A stretch of 64,000 nucleotides of DNA from Dipteris shenzhenensis. Taxonomy: Eukaryota. Shown piece by piece: positions 15,930 to 29,639 of the stretch. The stretch lies in NCBI GenBank assembly GCA_047967505.1, contig CM106538.1, one strand, 5' to 3'. The notes under the pieces were generated by a model. It did not search any database and was not told the origin of the DNA. It saw only the letters and a list, made by a program, of their open reading frames with translations. Position 1 is the first letter of the stretch, and each line of letters begins with the position of its first letter. Position numbers and translations under genes: made by a program.

Positions 15930-17390
15930 ATCTATGTTCTCCACGTCCTCGCTCCCTTCCATGCTCCCTTCTGCGCTCCCTTTTGTGCCTCCTTCCTCGT
16001 CTTCCTCGTCATCTTATGCACGGCCTATAAACAAGGGACAACATATATCAATGTATGAAAAATCAAATCTTTACTTATAATTTTGGCATTGTTTAATTAC
16101 TTTCAAATACCTCGGGGGCCACTCCAGTAGCTCGGGTATACTGCTCCTCAGTAATCAACCTGTCATCATAGAAGTGCCTCCATGTATCTCCTTTGCGATG
16201 GTGGCGGTGGTAGGCTGTCTCCACAGGAGTAGGGTATCTGCCCATGATCTCAAGTTGTAAGACGACATAATTTACGGAGGGATTAGTACAAAGAAACAAC
16301 CTCCTAATAAACTACATAAGCAATATAATTTGAGATCGATACTTACAAATTGGGCTCCCCATGATTCAACACCCCTTGCTCCAAAATGCGCGCTTCCATA
16401 TTCCTCCATCTAGATCTTTCGTGCCTCCATGTACTGCAGACTGGGGTCCTCCCTTGCTGACTTCATTGCTTTCTTCCACTCACGCTTGTGAGTGGTGTGG
16501 GGTGGGCCCCTTGGTGGTTGACCTCCCTCGAGCTTGGCAAGCTCCGCTAGTGCCTGCCTCTTAAGCGAAGATCTTTTATTGCCAAGTATCGTAACAATCT
16601 TTGACTTGGCCGATTTATCTGTGAACTGGCGATTGGGGGGGTTAGGATACCTAGAGTGAACAGCAGCGAGGGTCTCATCAGCCAACCTCTTTGGCTGGTC
16701 TTTGAAGTGGATAAAGCAATCTCTATAATTGTTAGCAATTATAGAGCGCATGAAGGCCATGATGTCCTTTCCTCACGCATCCATCAAGATGCCTCCTGTC
16801 TGAGTGATGTCATAGAATATTGTACCATCACCCGGAGGCACGTCTAAATCATCTGAATCATCATCGTCCCCACCGCCACCCCTCCCAAAGCACTGTGCCA
16901 TGCATCCCCCACCGCTCTCCCTACTACTATGCCTACTACTGTGTCGTGTCGAGCTCGTACATTGGCCACTCGTAGCTGGAGACTGCACGGGACTACACTG
17001 ACCACTCATAGCTAGAGAACTGAGTCTCGACTGCACAAGAGTACATCGACGGCTCTACGAGATAGAAGGATCTTCTAATGGCATGGGGGAAGGGGCATAA
17101 GACGGCATGGCAGAAGGGGCATAAGACGGCATGGGGGAAGGGGCATAAGACAGCATGGGAGATGGGCCTGTGCTATGTAAGCGGCTGGGCTATGCTAACT
17201 CCACTGGGGTGATCTCAGCTGGTGTGGGGTGGTTTGGAGTCTGTAGTGCCGACTCCTAGGGGGTGTTTAGAGTACCCGTCATATACCCATATAACTCCAC
17301 AGGACTAGGAGGGTGCCCCAAAAGGTTATATAAGTCCCTACAAATAGAATCCCGGGGATCAAGTGAGCTAGAAGCGCTTGCTACCCACAT
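15930..17390 (-). pseudogene. Second ORF of the CACTA element, antisense to the transposase, unknown function
   Basis: Collinear minus-strand ORF pieces (17390-17256, 17036-16773, 16760-16410, 16299-16093) separated by single stops. Splice acceptor at ~17397, upstream donor at ~17787. Contains a 24-bp repeat (PSYAPSPM) at ~17080-17160. Confidence 0.6.
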
Positions 17391-18245
17391 GTTGAACTGG
17401 AAAAAAGAAAAAAAATCTATTAATAATGAGTTGAGAAGAAAGGGGAAGGGAAGAGAGAATCGGGTTACTATCGGAGCGCGTCTATAGACGCATCTGATTG
17501 GCGCATCTATTTTTGCGTATAACAATCGTCTATAGACGCAGCTGTCTGTGTCTGCAAATAGGCTAGACGCGCATTTAGACTCGCCTATAGATGCAATTTT
17601 GGATGCGCTCCGAGAGGCACCTATAGACGCGCTCCGACAGACGGACTTTTCCAAAAAGTAGAAAAGGACATTGCGCCCGACACACAAACGTGACACTGAT
17701 ACCCAGATCATGCGTTTTTTGGATACGAGAAAGTACAAATCCAAAGAGAGCAAACTTCCAAAAAAGATCAACTGCAAAAAGACTTACCTTGGATAGAGGT
17801 ATGAAAGGTTCTTCTCCTTTTTCAAAGTTGCTTCTCCTCCTTGTTTGACCTCCTCTCCTTTAAGCTTGAAGTAAGTGTTGGTGCCTTCCTCTTAAGTGTA
17901 AGCTTGGAAGTAAGTGTGGAAACCTTCCTCTTAAGCATCGAAACTGTGGATCTGCTAATAAGGAAGCAAGCAAGCCGTGCAAAGTATAAGTAATGTGAAG
18001 AAAAGCAAAGCGAGCACGCTAAAAGTAGGTTTAAAAGTTGCGTCTATAGGTGCATCTAAAAGCACGTCTATAGGCACGGCTAAATACACAGAGTAGACGC
18101 GGTTTTAGACGCGCATTTAGATGTGCTTTTAGATGTGCACCACAGAACAAACAGATGCGCTTTTAGATGTACCTATAGATGTGCCACAGAGTTTAAAATT
18201 AAACATTTAAAGAAGAGCAAACTTTTTTGGGTTGTTTGTTATAGG

Positions 18246-21200
18246 ATGTCTTCATCTTCAACAAGTAGCTCCAATGAGGATGAATCCCTTCGTATCCACC
18301 ATCGCAAAATGTGGTTGGAGCAAAAAATCAAATGTATGTGTGATTGATGTCGAGGAAACATGTATCGTGCATGCAGGATTACACTCAATCACATCTCAAA
18401 GTATGGAGAATGGGATGTGACCATAAATAGGGTAAGGGTTTGTAAGTTAAGGTTGATTGAGATACCTATGTGTGTTCATATGTTTGAGTTATGATCCCAT
18501 TTTAATTTGATATAGGATGCATTGCCAGACCCACATATGTTGCCCTATGCTCACCATGAGGAGGCGAAGCATCGGCGATATGAGGTGGGATCTTCAGGAG
18601 GGACCGTTACGGATGCATGGAGTGATGGTGATAGTAGCCCTCCGCCATTACCTCATGAAGCCATGGAGGAGAAGGTGTTTGATGATATGGTGTGGGATTT
18701 ATATGTCCATCAAGGGAGGGATGATAGCATGGAGCATGATGATCTTTTTACTGCAGCATCGACTCCACTGTTTGAGGGGTGCACATTCTCTATTCTACGT
18801 GCCTCCCTTGAGTTACTAAACTTGCAAACCATCTATGAGTAATGCAACTTTGAATGCATTACTCAAGTAAGCTTTAAAGTCTATTTTGCAAACATGGTGA
18901 ATTATGCTAGTGGGTCAATTACTCGAATGCTTTTCCTCATTTATGGTCTTCACGTACAGGTTATTGTGTAAAATGCTTCCAAGGGAGAATAAATTACCGA
19001 CCTCAAGAGATATGGCAAGGCAACATGTGACCTTTCTTGGAGGATTAGATTACAAGCGCATCCATGCATATGTCAACGATTGCGTTTTGTTTCATGGACT
19101 ACATAAGGATGCAAGAGAGTGTCCTACTTGTGGAGAGGCAAGATATAGAGCAGATCTCAAAACTTTGGACGTGCCTCGTAAGGTTTTGCGACATTTTTCC
19201 ATAATCCCTCGCATCCAACATATGTTCAAGTGCAAATCTATTATTGCAGAGCTCATGTCATGGCATTCCTCCCATCGATCAACCAATGGCAAGTAGAGAA
19301 CTCCCGCGGACTCTCTTGCATGGAAGCATATTGAAGACACACGGCCAATCTTCAAGGAAGAAACTAGGAGCTTGAGACTTGGATTGGGTATGGATGGTGT
19401 GAACCCATTTGGTCTCAAAAGCATGTGTTACAGTGTATGGCCAGTGATATTGGTAAATTATAATCTTCCACCCTCTATGGCTATTAAGAAAGGACATGTT
19501 ATGCTGTCCCTTCTAATTCCAGGAAAACATAAAGTCAAAAACCCTGATGTTTATTTGGAGCCTTTGATTGACGAGCTAGAGATACTTTGAAGAGGTATCG
19601 AGGTGCATGATGTGAGCAGGCCTCCCTCGTCACGAGACTTCAACTACAAAGCAGTCTTGATGTGGATGATGCATGACTTCCCAAGCTATGGCGAGTGTTC
19701 AGGTAAGCATTGCATTTCTGATTATGAATAGGCAAAGGATGTGGCACCCTAAACCCACCTTCAACTCTTAATTGCATCTATTGTTCAGGTCTCACTACAT
19801 TGGGTTACCATGCATGTCCTATTTGTGGTCCTTTGCTAGTTGCCTCACAGGTAGACGCATTGAATAAGGTCATCTATGAGAATTACCATCGATTTCTCCC
19901 ACCTGATCATCCTAGATATGTTGCCCCTTGGAATGAAGTCCTTCCACAATCACTCACCGTGGGAGATTGGATGAGAATTTGGGACGGTTCGGCGACTCTT
20001 CCACCACTTGGCATGAGCCGATAAGGGTTTGTAACTATTGTGTGCTATATTGGCTGGAAATAAAGATTGCCCGCTAACACTTTATTTTATTTAGATACTC
20101 CATCTTTTATCGTTTACCATATTGGTCCCACCTCAAGATCAATCACCTGCTTGATCCCATGCATATCTTCAAGAATGTGGCATCTACCATTTGGGAGCAT
20201 TTGAATGGGACACGAGATTCCGCAAGCATAAGGGAGTATCTACGTACCACAGGGAGGATGCGTGAAGCTTGGCCACAAGAGAGACCAAATGGGCATGTTT
20301 TTTTACCTCATGCACCGTGGATATTATCAAAGCTAGAGATGGTGACGGTGAAGCACACTATTACTACAATTCGTACTCCCACTGGATGCATGAGGTGTTT
20401 GAAGGGAGCCTTTACAAAGAGCAAGAAAAGAGGTGTAGAGCAATTATATGGCTTGAAATCTCATGATTGGCACAAGATGCTCCAAGTAATTATTTTATGT
20501 GCATAATATCTTTTTCCTTTCAAATTTATGAGTGAATAATTATAAGCAATAATCAACCACCTCCTCGTGGGTTCAATCCATACTACCTACTAGCATTTCA
20601 CGTAGTGCATCGAAGGACGTGAAAGATTGTATTTACAAGATGGGCGAGCTTGTGAGGTACTTTACATGATAGAAAATATAATGCGTATCAATGCTCCATG
20701 CAAGTTTGAATGCATATTGCTAATATGCTATACTTTTTCATTTCTAGGTATGTGAGCTCAAAGGAAATAGATCCCACCACGCTTGAGAATGCTCGAGTTA
20801 TGTCAGTGGATGTGGTTTGTTTAGTGGAGGAGATATTTCCACGTTCTATTCTCACAATCCAACTACATCTTATAGTGCATTTGGTGGATGAGATTGCTGT
20901 ATGTGGTACTATACATGCACGATGGTTGTTCTTCCTTGAGCGCTTCATGAACCTTGAAGGGCTTCGTGAGACAAAATGCAAGACCCGAAGGTAGCATGGC
21001 CGAGGTTTGGTTGGTACAAGAGTCACTTGTATATATTTCTGAGTTTCTTGTTGATGTGGATAGCTCTCTCCCATGACTATGGAGAGATGATGAAGACCTA
21101 AGGATGACCTCTATTGTGCCTCAAGGGAAAGGACGCAACAAAGTAATAGACACGGAGTTGCATAATAGTATCAACCTCTTTTGTGTGCTTAATAGTGATG

Positions 21201-22242
21201 TGATGAAAAGATGGGTGACAAGATACGAGGATGTAAAGGCAAGAAGACAAGAAGAAAGGGCCCTCTTTTGTACACACCACAGATCTCGTGTGCCATACCC
21301 TCAGTATCTAAGAGCACTTCCAAAGGATATTCATTGGATTGGCTACTTGATGAAATGGAGAAAGCAGAGAAAGACGAGGGGATGCATATCACAATGGAAG
21401 AATGGGAGTATGCTAGGGGATGCATGAGCAAGGTCGGTATATAGAATGTTATGCATAAGTTAGGAGCTTTTAATAATTTAGATTGCTTATTTAATTGATT
21501 TTTTCTTGGTGTAGTGCACTATGTTCAATGCTATATTGTGTGAGGGCAAGCATTTTTGAACACAACGGATTGATGATAAGAGAAACACACAAGATTGCGG
21601 CATCATTGCTAGCTTTGAGGGAGCCAATGGAGCCATGGATGATTATTGTGGCATAATCCGAGATATTATTATGCTTGACTTTCGACGCTTCTTTGTGTAT
21701 GTTTTGGATGTGAAGTGGTTTAAGGACATGGTGGAAAGAGGCCCTAATGCAACAATCAAACTCCATGCAAGTGGCTTTGTAACTATTGACTCCACAAAGT
21801 TTTGGCAAAGTAGGAAGGACACACTAGTACTACCGCAACAATGTGAACAGGTACTGTGCACACATATAAAAATACTTGCTTTTAAATATTTGATGCAAGA
21901 AAAATAACATGATTGTATTTGTGTTTGAATTAGGTTGTCTATCAACCAATGGTGGATAATAATAGATGGTGGCATGTCATACCTATTATGCCATGTTCCA
22001 AAGTGATTTATAGTACATTTACTAATATGGAGCGTATGGAGAATGATCATGGCCATGGACGTGATGATGACCGTGATACGAGAGAGGAGGATGATCACGA
22101 GATAGGAGATACAGATATTGAGGCCATTACCCGTGAGGACGAGCCTACCATTGGTGATGCTGATTTCGATGAGCACATGAGTAGCACAAGTAGTAATGGG
22201 TTGAATGTATTTGTAGATCTAAACACTTGTGGCAAGGGTTGA
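18246..22242 (+). pseudogene. CACTA TnpD/Tnp2-type transposase, intron-containing, decayed
   Basis: CPTCGEARY, LGMDGVNPFG..YSVWPVILVNYNLPP, YLEPLIDEL, GYHACPIC, MHIFKNV, GLKSHDWH, HLIVHLVDEI..WLFFLERFM (DUF4218-like), YCGIIRDII..DVKWF (DUF4216-like). Confidence 0.9.
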
Positions 22243-23557
22243 TCTCATTAAGGATGAGATTGAACCGTAGCCCCATCATTGATATTGGCAAAACTATTTT
22301 ACATATTGTCTCATTCTCCTCACCTCACTTAATTCTTGTATATGTGGGCTTGCAAAAAAGCATTGATGTTTCTGTTAAAATTATGTGCTTTGGTAATCAT
22401 GGGCAATGTTTGGAAAGGAATGATATACACCAAAATCTCACTTTCTATATTCTCTGGTTTGCATTTATCTACGCGTCTAAATGCGCGTCTAATTCTCAGT
22501 GTAAATGCGCAAATAACTGCGCTAATACATGCGCAAATAGACGCGCTGATAAACGTGATGTTAGACGGGCCCATATTTTCTCAATTTAGACGTGCAAGTA
22601 GACGTGTTAATACACGCGCAAATAGACGAGTTGTTAGATACGCTTTTAGACGTGCTCATAATTCCTCTACTAAAGCAACGCCTATAGATGCGCCCGCTAT
22701 TTTGCGCATCTACCAAGCGTGTCTATAGTTGCTTTGTGGTGTTATGGCATTTCAATATGGAGGGAGGGAAGGCAGTGAGTACTCCATTGCCTCCATATGT
22801 GAAACTGAGTCATACGGATAGTCCCAAATCAGATGAGGAAAGGGCCATGATGGCCAAGGTCCCTTATGCATCAGCAGTTGGGAGCCTTATGTATGCTATG
22901 ATAGCTACTAGACCAGACATTGCATTTGTAGTGGGAGTTGTTAGCCGGTATATGGCTAATCTAGGAAAGAGGCATTGGGTGCATCATGAGGTACATGAAG
23001 GGTACCAAGGAGATGTGCATCTGCTTTGGTAGAGGAGACATGCATGTACTTGGGTACACAGATTCAGACTATGCAGGGCATGTGGATAGTAGGAGATCCA
23101 CTTCTGGTTATGTGTTCACCTTTGCAGGTGGTGCAGTGTCGTGGATGTCTCACATAGAGAAGTGCATTGCTTTGTCTACCATAGAGGCTGAGTATGTTGT
23201 AGCCATAGAGGGTTACAAGGAGGCTATATGGCTTGATCAGCTAGTGGGAGATTTGGGGACTCATACACGTGTACCGACATTGCATAGTGATTCCATGAGT
23301 GCTATTCAACTAGCACAGAATCTGGTCTTTCATGCAAAGACCAAACACATTGAGGTCAGGTACCATTTCATCAGCGAGGTACTTGAGGACAAGCACATAG
23401 AGCTTGTCAAGGTTCATACAGATGATAACCCTGTAGATATGCTAACGAAGGGTCTACCTAGCCAGCGGTTTGAGTATTGTTGTGTATTGATGGGCATTGG
23501 ATAGTATGCTCACTGGTTGTTCTCCCTTAAAGGCACATTGTCCTTTAAGTGGGAGGT

Positions 23558-23723
23558 TGTGGGGGTTAAAGTTCACTGTGCCTTTACCCCGGTTATGTAC
23601 AATACCCAAACACATATATAAATGAATGAAAAAGAAGATTAGAGTGGTTCTGCCCCTGCCAAAACTTGTGTGGCTCTCTGTCTCTCTCGCTCCCTCTTCC
23701 ATTCTTGCTTCCGTTGAGAGTAC
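23558..23723 (+). repeat. 3' LTR of Copia (last ~5 bp missing)
   Basis: Matches the LTR starting at 9841; preceded by PPT. Confidence 0.9.
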
Positions 23724-23756
23724 ATTTTGTACTTGTTCTCTAGATTCTGTCAAGCC

Positions 23757-26700
23757 TGTTAGAAATAGATCAACAGAATGTACACAGAGTGGAAGACTGA
23801 TAGAATAGCCCAGGAGCTCACACCTTGTGGTGTGGGGATTGGGGGTGTGCATCAGATGTGCAAACTCATCAATAGACAATGAACTAGCCAGATACCAAAA
23901 TAATATATTTATGTCCAAAGCTATGGACACAATATAAAAGAGATAGATCCAGAGTCCCACCAACGGAGTGGTCCTCAAATCTTACCACAAGGCACTTCTC
24001 CTATCTGCTGGCTATCTCTAGACTCGAGCCCACATGCTCCACCTCGAGCGTATGTAGACTCTCTGTCCGAATCTTAGCACCTTGCTACCCTAGTAGGCAA
24101 TAGCCTAGGGTTTCAGCCTTGTGACCTAAGTCTACAGTAGCACCTCTTAACTCCTGGTTGTAGGCTAAAGGATCACGGTAAGCTGCTCCTATCTCCTCCT
24201 CTGATAGTTGATGTGCTAGATATGAAGAATGAGGTTGAATGCCTCCTTTTATTGGTCCAAAGGTCCCCTTGAAGTGACCGATTGGCTTGCCCTAATATGC
24301 TGACCAGTTTGCCATAAAATTGGATCCTTTTATCGGGCTATGGGCACATCTCTAGGGTTGTGCACTCCCAGCCTTGAAGTGGGGGCCTAGGCCCCCTTAC
24401 TTTGTGTGCTAGCCCCCTCCCACTCCCCTCTATGCATGGGGCTTTGGGCTAACGTATGTGGCCCAACAGTTTCTTGGCCCTATGTAAGGGTAGGGTACTG
24501 CCCACTGCAACCCTCCCTTCCCTGCAACTCCTATGCTGCTGTCAGGCCACCTTCAAGGCCTTCTTGTAGGTCGCATCCCTGCCCATGGATCTACCATGTT
24601 GTCATACTACTTGTGTCCCTACGTATATATAACCACCATGTTTTGCGCCTCTCCCAAGCTCTTGTGTTGCCTCGCCACCTGTTGTAGGGCAAACATGTGT
24701 TCACAATCCTTGCCTCCTAAGTTCCATGGCTTTCTCTTCTTTGATGTGAGGTGCTACCCATGTGGTAGGCCCCTCTCTTTCTTCTCTTGGGCACATCCTG
24801 CCCTAGGTCTCCCTCCCCCATGCTCTCCTCATATGGGGGCTTACAGATGGGGAGGTGACCTTTCCAACACCCCCTCTCACCAACACCTCTCCACCCAATG
24901 CCAACATGTCGATGATGATGCTCCGGTAACTCCCTGGTTGTAGTCCTCTGGAACATTTCGTTGTCAAAGTCTTTTCATGGCTTTTCATTCAGTGGCTCTT
25001 GCTCCTCCGAGTCTAGTTCCGCTTGTGCACACCATCCTAGTACACACGTCCATCTCTAGTAGCACCTCCTAGCACCACCACCTTCAGTCACGTTCCTACC
25101 TTCGAACTTGAGATATCCAGATGCCATGATCTTCCGAGATATCCAGCTTCCAATTGTCCCCCTCATAATGAGTGAACAACCTGGAGTCTCCGAGCACCAT
25201 GCTCTAAGGGTCTGTTTCAACCTATCCTTCCTTTTGCAAGGTCCGCAACAAATGAATATCTCCAGATAACCTGGACCACGAACTCTCACTAAATTGTCAA
25301 GCAGGTTCTCTTCTGGCTTCAGTACACTGTGTCCATCACCTTCTAGCAATCTGTGTCCGATATTTGAAGAAGCACTCACACTTCTTGTTTTGCCTTTGAA
25401 GAAGGCCAATTCCTTCCAATCTCACATTACTTGAGACAAATGAAGAGCAGCACGCTATAAAGGCTCAAATTGAGAACATCAAGTACATACCCAATCGTTG
25501 TACTACCTGTGTGCTCGCTCTGAAAGCAAACCATACACCTCATTGAGGCACATACCAATAACATGTGTAATCCTGTACTATCCCTTTTGAAGTACAGCAT
25601 CCATCTGAACATGAAACCCTAGGGTACTCCATGGAATCCACCCTCATGTCAGTCTCAACAGCCACGCACCTAGAAGATACCAAGCACTCCATGTTGTCTT
25701 CACCTTCACAAAGATTTTTGACTCCTCATCGACCCACATCTCAATGTCAGACATCATCACTGTGGTTTCTAGGTTGGCATATCTGACCTCAGTAAGACAC
25801 GGTGGAGATGTCACCAAAAATTACCACATTAGCTTTGGCTTTTGTGTCACCCTCTAAATCTAAGTCAGACTCCTTCCTCTTAATTTTTTTATCTGCCTTC
25901 TTCTTTTTGCAACCCTTCACAAAATGATTTGGCATGTCACAATAGAAGCACTTCTTCTCCTTCCTCTTGGAAGTGTCCTTGTCATCAGGGTCATCCTTCT
26001 TGGACTTGCCAGCGTTAGGCTTGCCTTTCCTTCGCCAGCATAATCCTTCGCTAGCAATGCCTTGTTGTCTTTGTCATTGTTGTAGAGCTTATCCCTAGCT
26101 TCTTCTTATAGCAGTAACGGACCTAACTCCTCAAAAGTTAGAGGTTTGGTCCTCTATCTTGCTGGCACAATCGTTGCAAAGCTTTTGAAACTTTGAGGTA
26201 GCCTCCTCAGTCCCATCAAGGCCAAATGGTACGAGTCCACCTTCTGACCAACTGCTGCCAGTAGAACCCTCACCACCTTGACCTTCATCAAGTGGTCATG
26301 TACCGAATCTCCCTCATCCATATCTAAGTTGTAGAGCTGATGCTAAAGAAGCAAGATCCGAGATGTGTTGTTTGTCTCATACAAATCCTTTAGAATGGTC
26401 CATGCCTCTACTGACATGTAGGCCATCTAGATGTGAGGAAGTAGAGATTCCACCGTAGTCGCTATGATAAATGCCAGAGCATGGGAATCTCTGTCTTCCC
26501 AAGCTTTGAGCTCCTCTCCATCTTTTGGCATGAGTATCTTCCCTTAATTGTCCACCATGTCCTTCGGCTTCTCCTCTACTCCCATTGTCAATTTCCACAG
26601 CTTCCAAGCCATGAAATGACCCCGAATCTTCACCTTCTAGATTGGGTGGTTTGTCCATCCAAGTTCCTTGACTCTCCAAAGTTTGGGATGATGAAATAAA

Positions 26701-28127
26701 GAAATCTAGAGGAGGAGGAAGGGAGAGCAGGGGCTCAAGAAACTAAAGAGATCAACATCTCTGCGTATTGAACCACACAGCAAAGTCAAAAAAACTCAAT
26801 CTTCCATAGACCAGAACTCTGAATACACCTGGCTAAACCTGAGTCACCCTCCTTCTCACAAGGGCACTGTCCTCTAGTCATGGAAGTCGATTCCCAAGAG
26901 CCTCTGAATCAGGGTCATCCTTTAGCAAGGTCCTTGCCTTCACACTCCCACACCTGTGAGCCTCCTACTTGGCCTCTAATACCATGTTAGAAATGAACCA
27001 ACAAAGGGTACACATAGCTAAAGACTGACAGAATAGCCCAGGAGCTCACACAATGTGGTGTGGGGTGTGGAATCACATACTTTTTAACTGAATTTGCATC
27101 AAATAGATGTGCATACTCATCAATATATAATGAACCAACCAGATATAGAAGACATCAAAATAATATAATTTCATCCAAAGCTATGGAGATAATACAAAAG
27201 AGATAGATCCAAAGTCCCACCAATGGTGTGGTCCTCTGATCTTACCCCACAATGTTCTTCTCCTATTTGCTCTCGGCTATCTCCAGACTCTCGAGCCCGC
27301 AGGCTCTACCTCGAGCGTATATAGACTCTTTGTCTGGATCGTAGCACCCTGCTACCCTAGTAGGCAGCCTAGGGTTTCAACCTTGTGAGCTAAGTCTACA
27401 GAGCAGCACCTCCATCACTCCTTTACCTCCTGGTTGTAGGCCAAAGTTGCTCCTATCTGCTCCTCTGATGGTTGACCTACTGGATATGAAGAATGAGGTT
27501 GGATGCCTCCTTTTATAGGCCTAAAGGGCCCCTTAGTGGCTGGCTGGCCTGTCCTAATATGGCCGACTAGTTTGCCATAAAACCGATCCCGCATGCCCCC
27601 TTTTTATTGGATTGTGGGCACATCTCTAGGGCTGTGTGCTCCTTGCCTTGAAGTTGGGGCCCTGTCCCCCTTGCTTTGTGTCCTACCCTCTATGCATGGG
27701 GCTATGGGTTGGCCTATGTGGCCCACTAGTTTCTTGTCCCTATATAAGGGCAGGGTGCTGCCCATTGCATCCCCTCCCTTCCCTACAACTCTTGTACTAC
27801 TACCAGGCCACCTTCAGGACCTTCTTGCAGGTCGTAATCCCTACCCATTGATCTGCCATGCTACCATACTGCTTGCATCCATACCTATAGATAGCCACCA
27901 TGTTTTGTGCCTCTCTTAGGCTCTTGTGCTACCCTACCATCTGTTGTATGGCACACATCTACCCACATTCCTTGCCTCCTGGGTTCCATGGCTTTCTCTT
28001 CTTTGATGGAGGTGATGCCCATATGGCAGGTCCCTCTCTTTCTCTTGGGCACATCTTGCCCTAGGTCTCCCTCCCCCATGCTCTCCTCATATGGGGGCTT
28101 AAAGATGGGGGGGTCACCTTTCCAACA
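23757..28127 (-). mobile_element. Non-autonomous Copia-type LTR element (gag/protease remnant only) with ~1.1-kb LTRs
   Basis: LTRs 23757-24869 and 26985-28127 (TGTT...AACA). PBS TGGTATTAGAG (minus) 26974-26984. PPT GAGAGGGGG (minus) from 24870. TSD AAGCC at 23752-23756 and 28128-28132. gag-like AWTILKDLYE and CFYCDMPNHFVKGC knuckle. Confidence 0.92.
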
Positions 28128-28465
28128 AAGCCTTAGTGGTGGGCTTTCTTGTACGTTTGAGTAGCAAGTTTTGGGTCCAAAAAAGGAATATGAAAGTCCA
28201 AGCCTTGTGACAACATGGAGCCTCACATTGAGCCATCCACCTCAATGTATCATGATTCAAGAAAGAGCTTCATCTCTACGGTGGGACGAAGCATGCGATG
28301 TCAAGATGAAGATGTGATGATGGATGATCAAGAACAACCTCATGTACAATCGCATTTTGCCTGGCAATAAAGCAATGCACCTCGAGTGCAAGACCCTTCT
28401 ATGGACTAGGTGTTTGATCTCAAACTAGAAAGATTTTGTACTTCTTCTCTAGATCCTCTCAAGCC

Positions 28466-29638
28466 TGTTAGAAATAGATCAACAGAGGGTACATAGAGTG
28501 GAAGACTGATATAATAGCCCAGGAGCTCACACCATGTAGTGTGGGGACTGGATGTGCATCAAATGTGCAAACTCATCAATAGACAATGAACTAGCCAGAT
28601 ATAGAAGAAACCAAAATAATATTTTTGTGTTCAAAGCTATGGACACAATACAGAAGAGATAGATCCACAGTCCCACTAATGGTGTGGTCCTCTAATCTTA
28701 CCAAAAGGTACTTCTCCTATCTGTTGGCTATCTCTAGACTCGAGCCCATGTGCTCCACCTCGAGTGTATGTAGACTTTCTGTCTGGATCTCAGCACTCTG
28801 CTACCCTAGTAGGTAGCCAAGGGTTGCAGCCTTGTGAGCTAAGTCTATAGTAGCACCTCCAGCACTCCTTTAACTCTTCATTGTAGGCCAAAGGATCAGG
28901 GTAAGCTATCCTATCTCCTCCTCTGATAGGTGACATGCTGGATATCAAGAATGAGGCTAAATGCCTCCTTTTATAGGTCCAAAGGTCCCCTTGAAGTGAT
29001 CGACTGTCCTACCCTAATATGCCGACCAATCTGCCATAAAACTAACCCCACAGGCTCCTTTTTATTGGGCTGTGGGCACATCTCTAGGGTTGTGTGCTCC
29101 CTACCTTGAAGTGGGGGCCTAGGCCCCCTTGCTTTGTGTGTTAGCCCCCTCCCACTCCCCTCTATGCATGGGGATGTGGGCTGACCTATGTGGCCCACCA
29201 GTTTCCTGGCCCTATATAAGGGCAATGTGCTGCCCACTACAGCCCCTTCCTTCCCTGCAACTTCTATGCTGCTGCCAGGCCATGTTCAGGGCGTGTTGGC
29301 ATTGGGTGGAGATGTGTCAGTGAGAGGGGGTGTTGGAAAGGTCACCTCCCCATCTGTAATCCCCCATATCAGGAGAGTGTGAGGGAGGGAGACCTACGGT
29401 AGGATGTGCCCAAGAGAAAAGAAAGAGGGGGGCCTGCCACATGGGCAGCACCTCACATCAAAGAAGAGAAAGGCATGGAACCTAGGAGGCAAGGACTGTG
29501 GGCACATGTCTACCCTAGAATAGGTGGCGAGGCAACACAAGATCCTAGGAGAGGCGCAAAACATGGCGACTATCTATACGTAGGGACACAAGTAGTATGA
29601 CAGCATGGCAAATCCATGGGTAGGGATACGACCTACAA
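28466..29638. mobile_element. Third copy of the same LTR, with its distal ~345 bp plus PPT inverted
   Basis: 28466-~29292 is collinear with 23757-~24560; ~29294-29638 is the reverse complement of ~24564-24906. Confidence 0.88.
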
Positions 29639-29639
29639 C

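Larger units (their letters stand above)
15335..22746. mobile_element. CACTA/EnSpm-superfamily DNA transposon (7.4 kb) with CACAA-type termini, nested in the Copia RT
   Basis: Left TIR CACAACAAGACAAAGCA; right end reverse complement CATAACACCACAAAGCA. 3-bp TSD GCG/GCA. Removal restores KVLQRFNMEGGK. Subterminal TAGACGC repeats and transposase motifs inside. Confidence 0.92.
9841..23723 (+). mobile_element. Full-length decayed Ty1/Copia LTR retrotransposon (Tnt1/Tork-like) hosting nested insertions
   Basis: 5' LTR 9841-10011, PBS TGATATCAGAGC ~10014-10025, gag ~11400-12300, protease DSGASFH (12491), integrase 13040-13740, RT 14300-15334 resuming at 22750, RNase H to 23504, PPT AAGTGGGAGG, 3' LTR from 23558. 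Confidence 0.95.
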
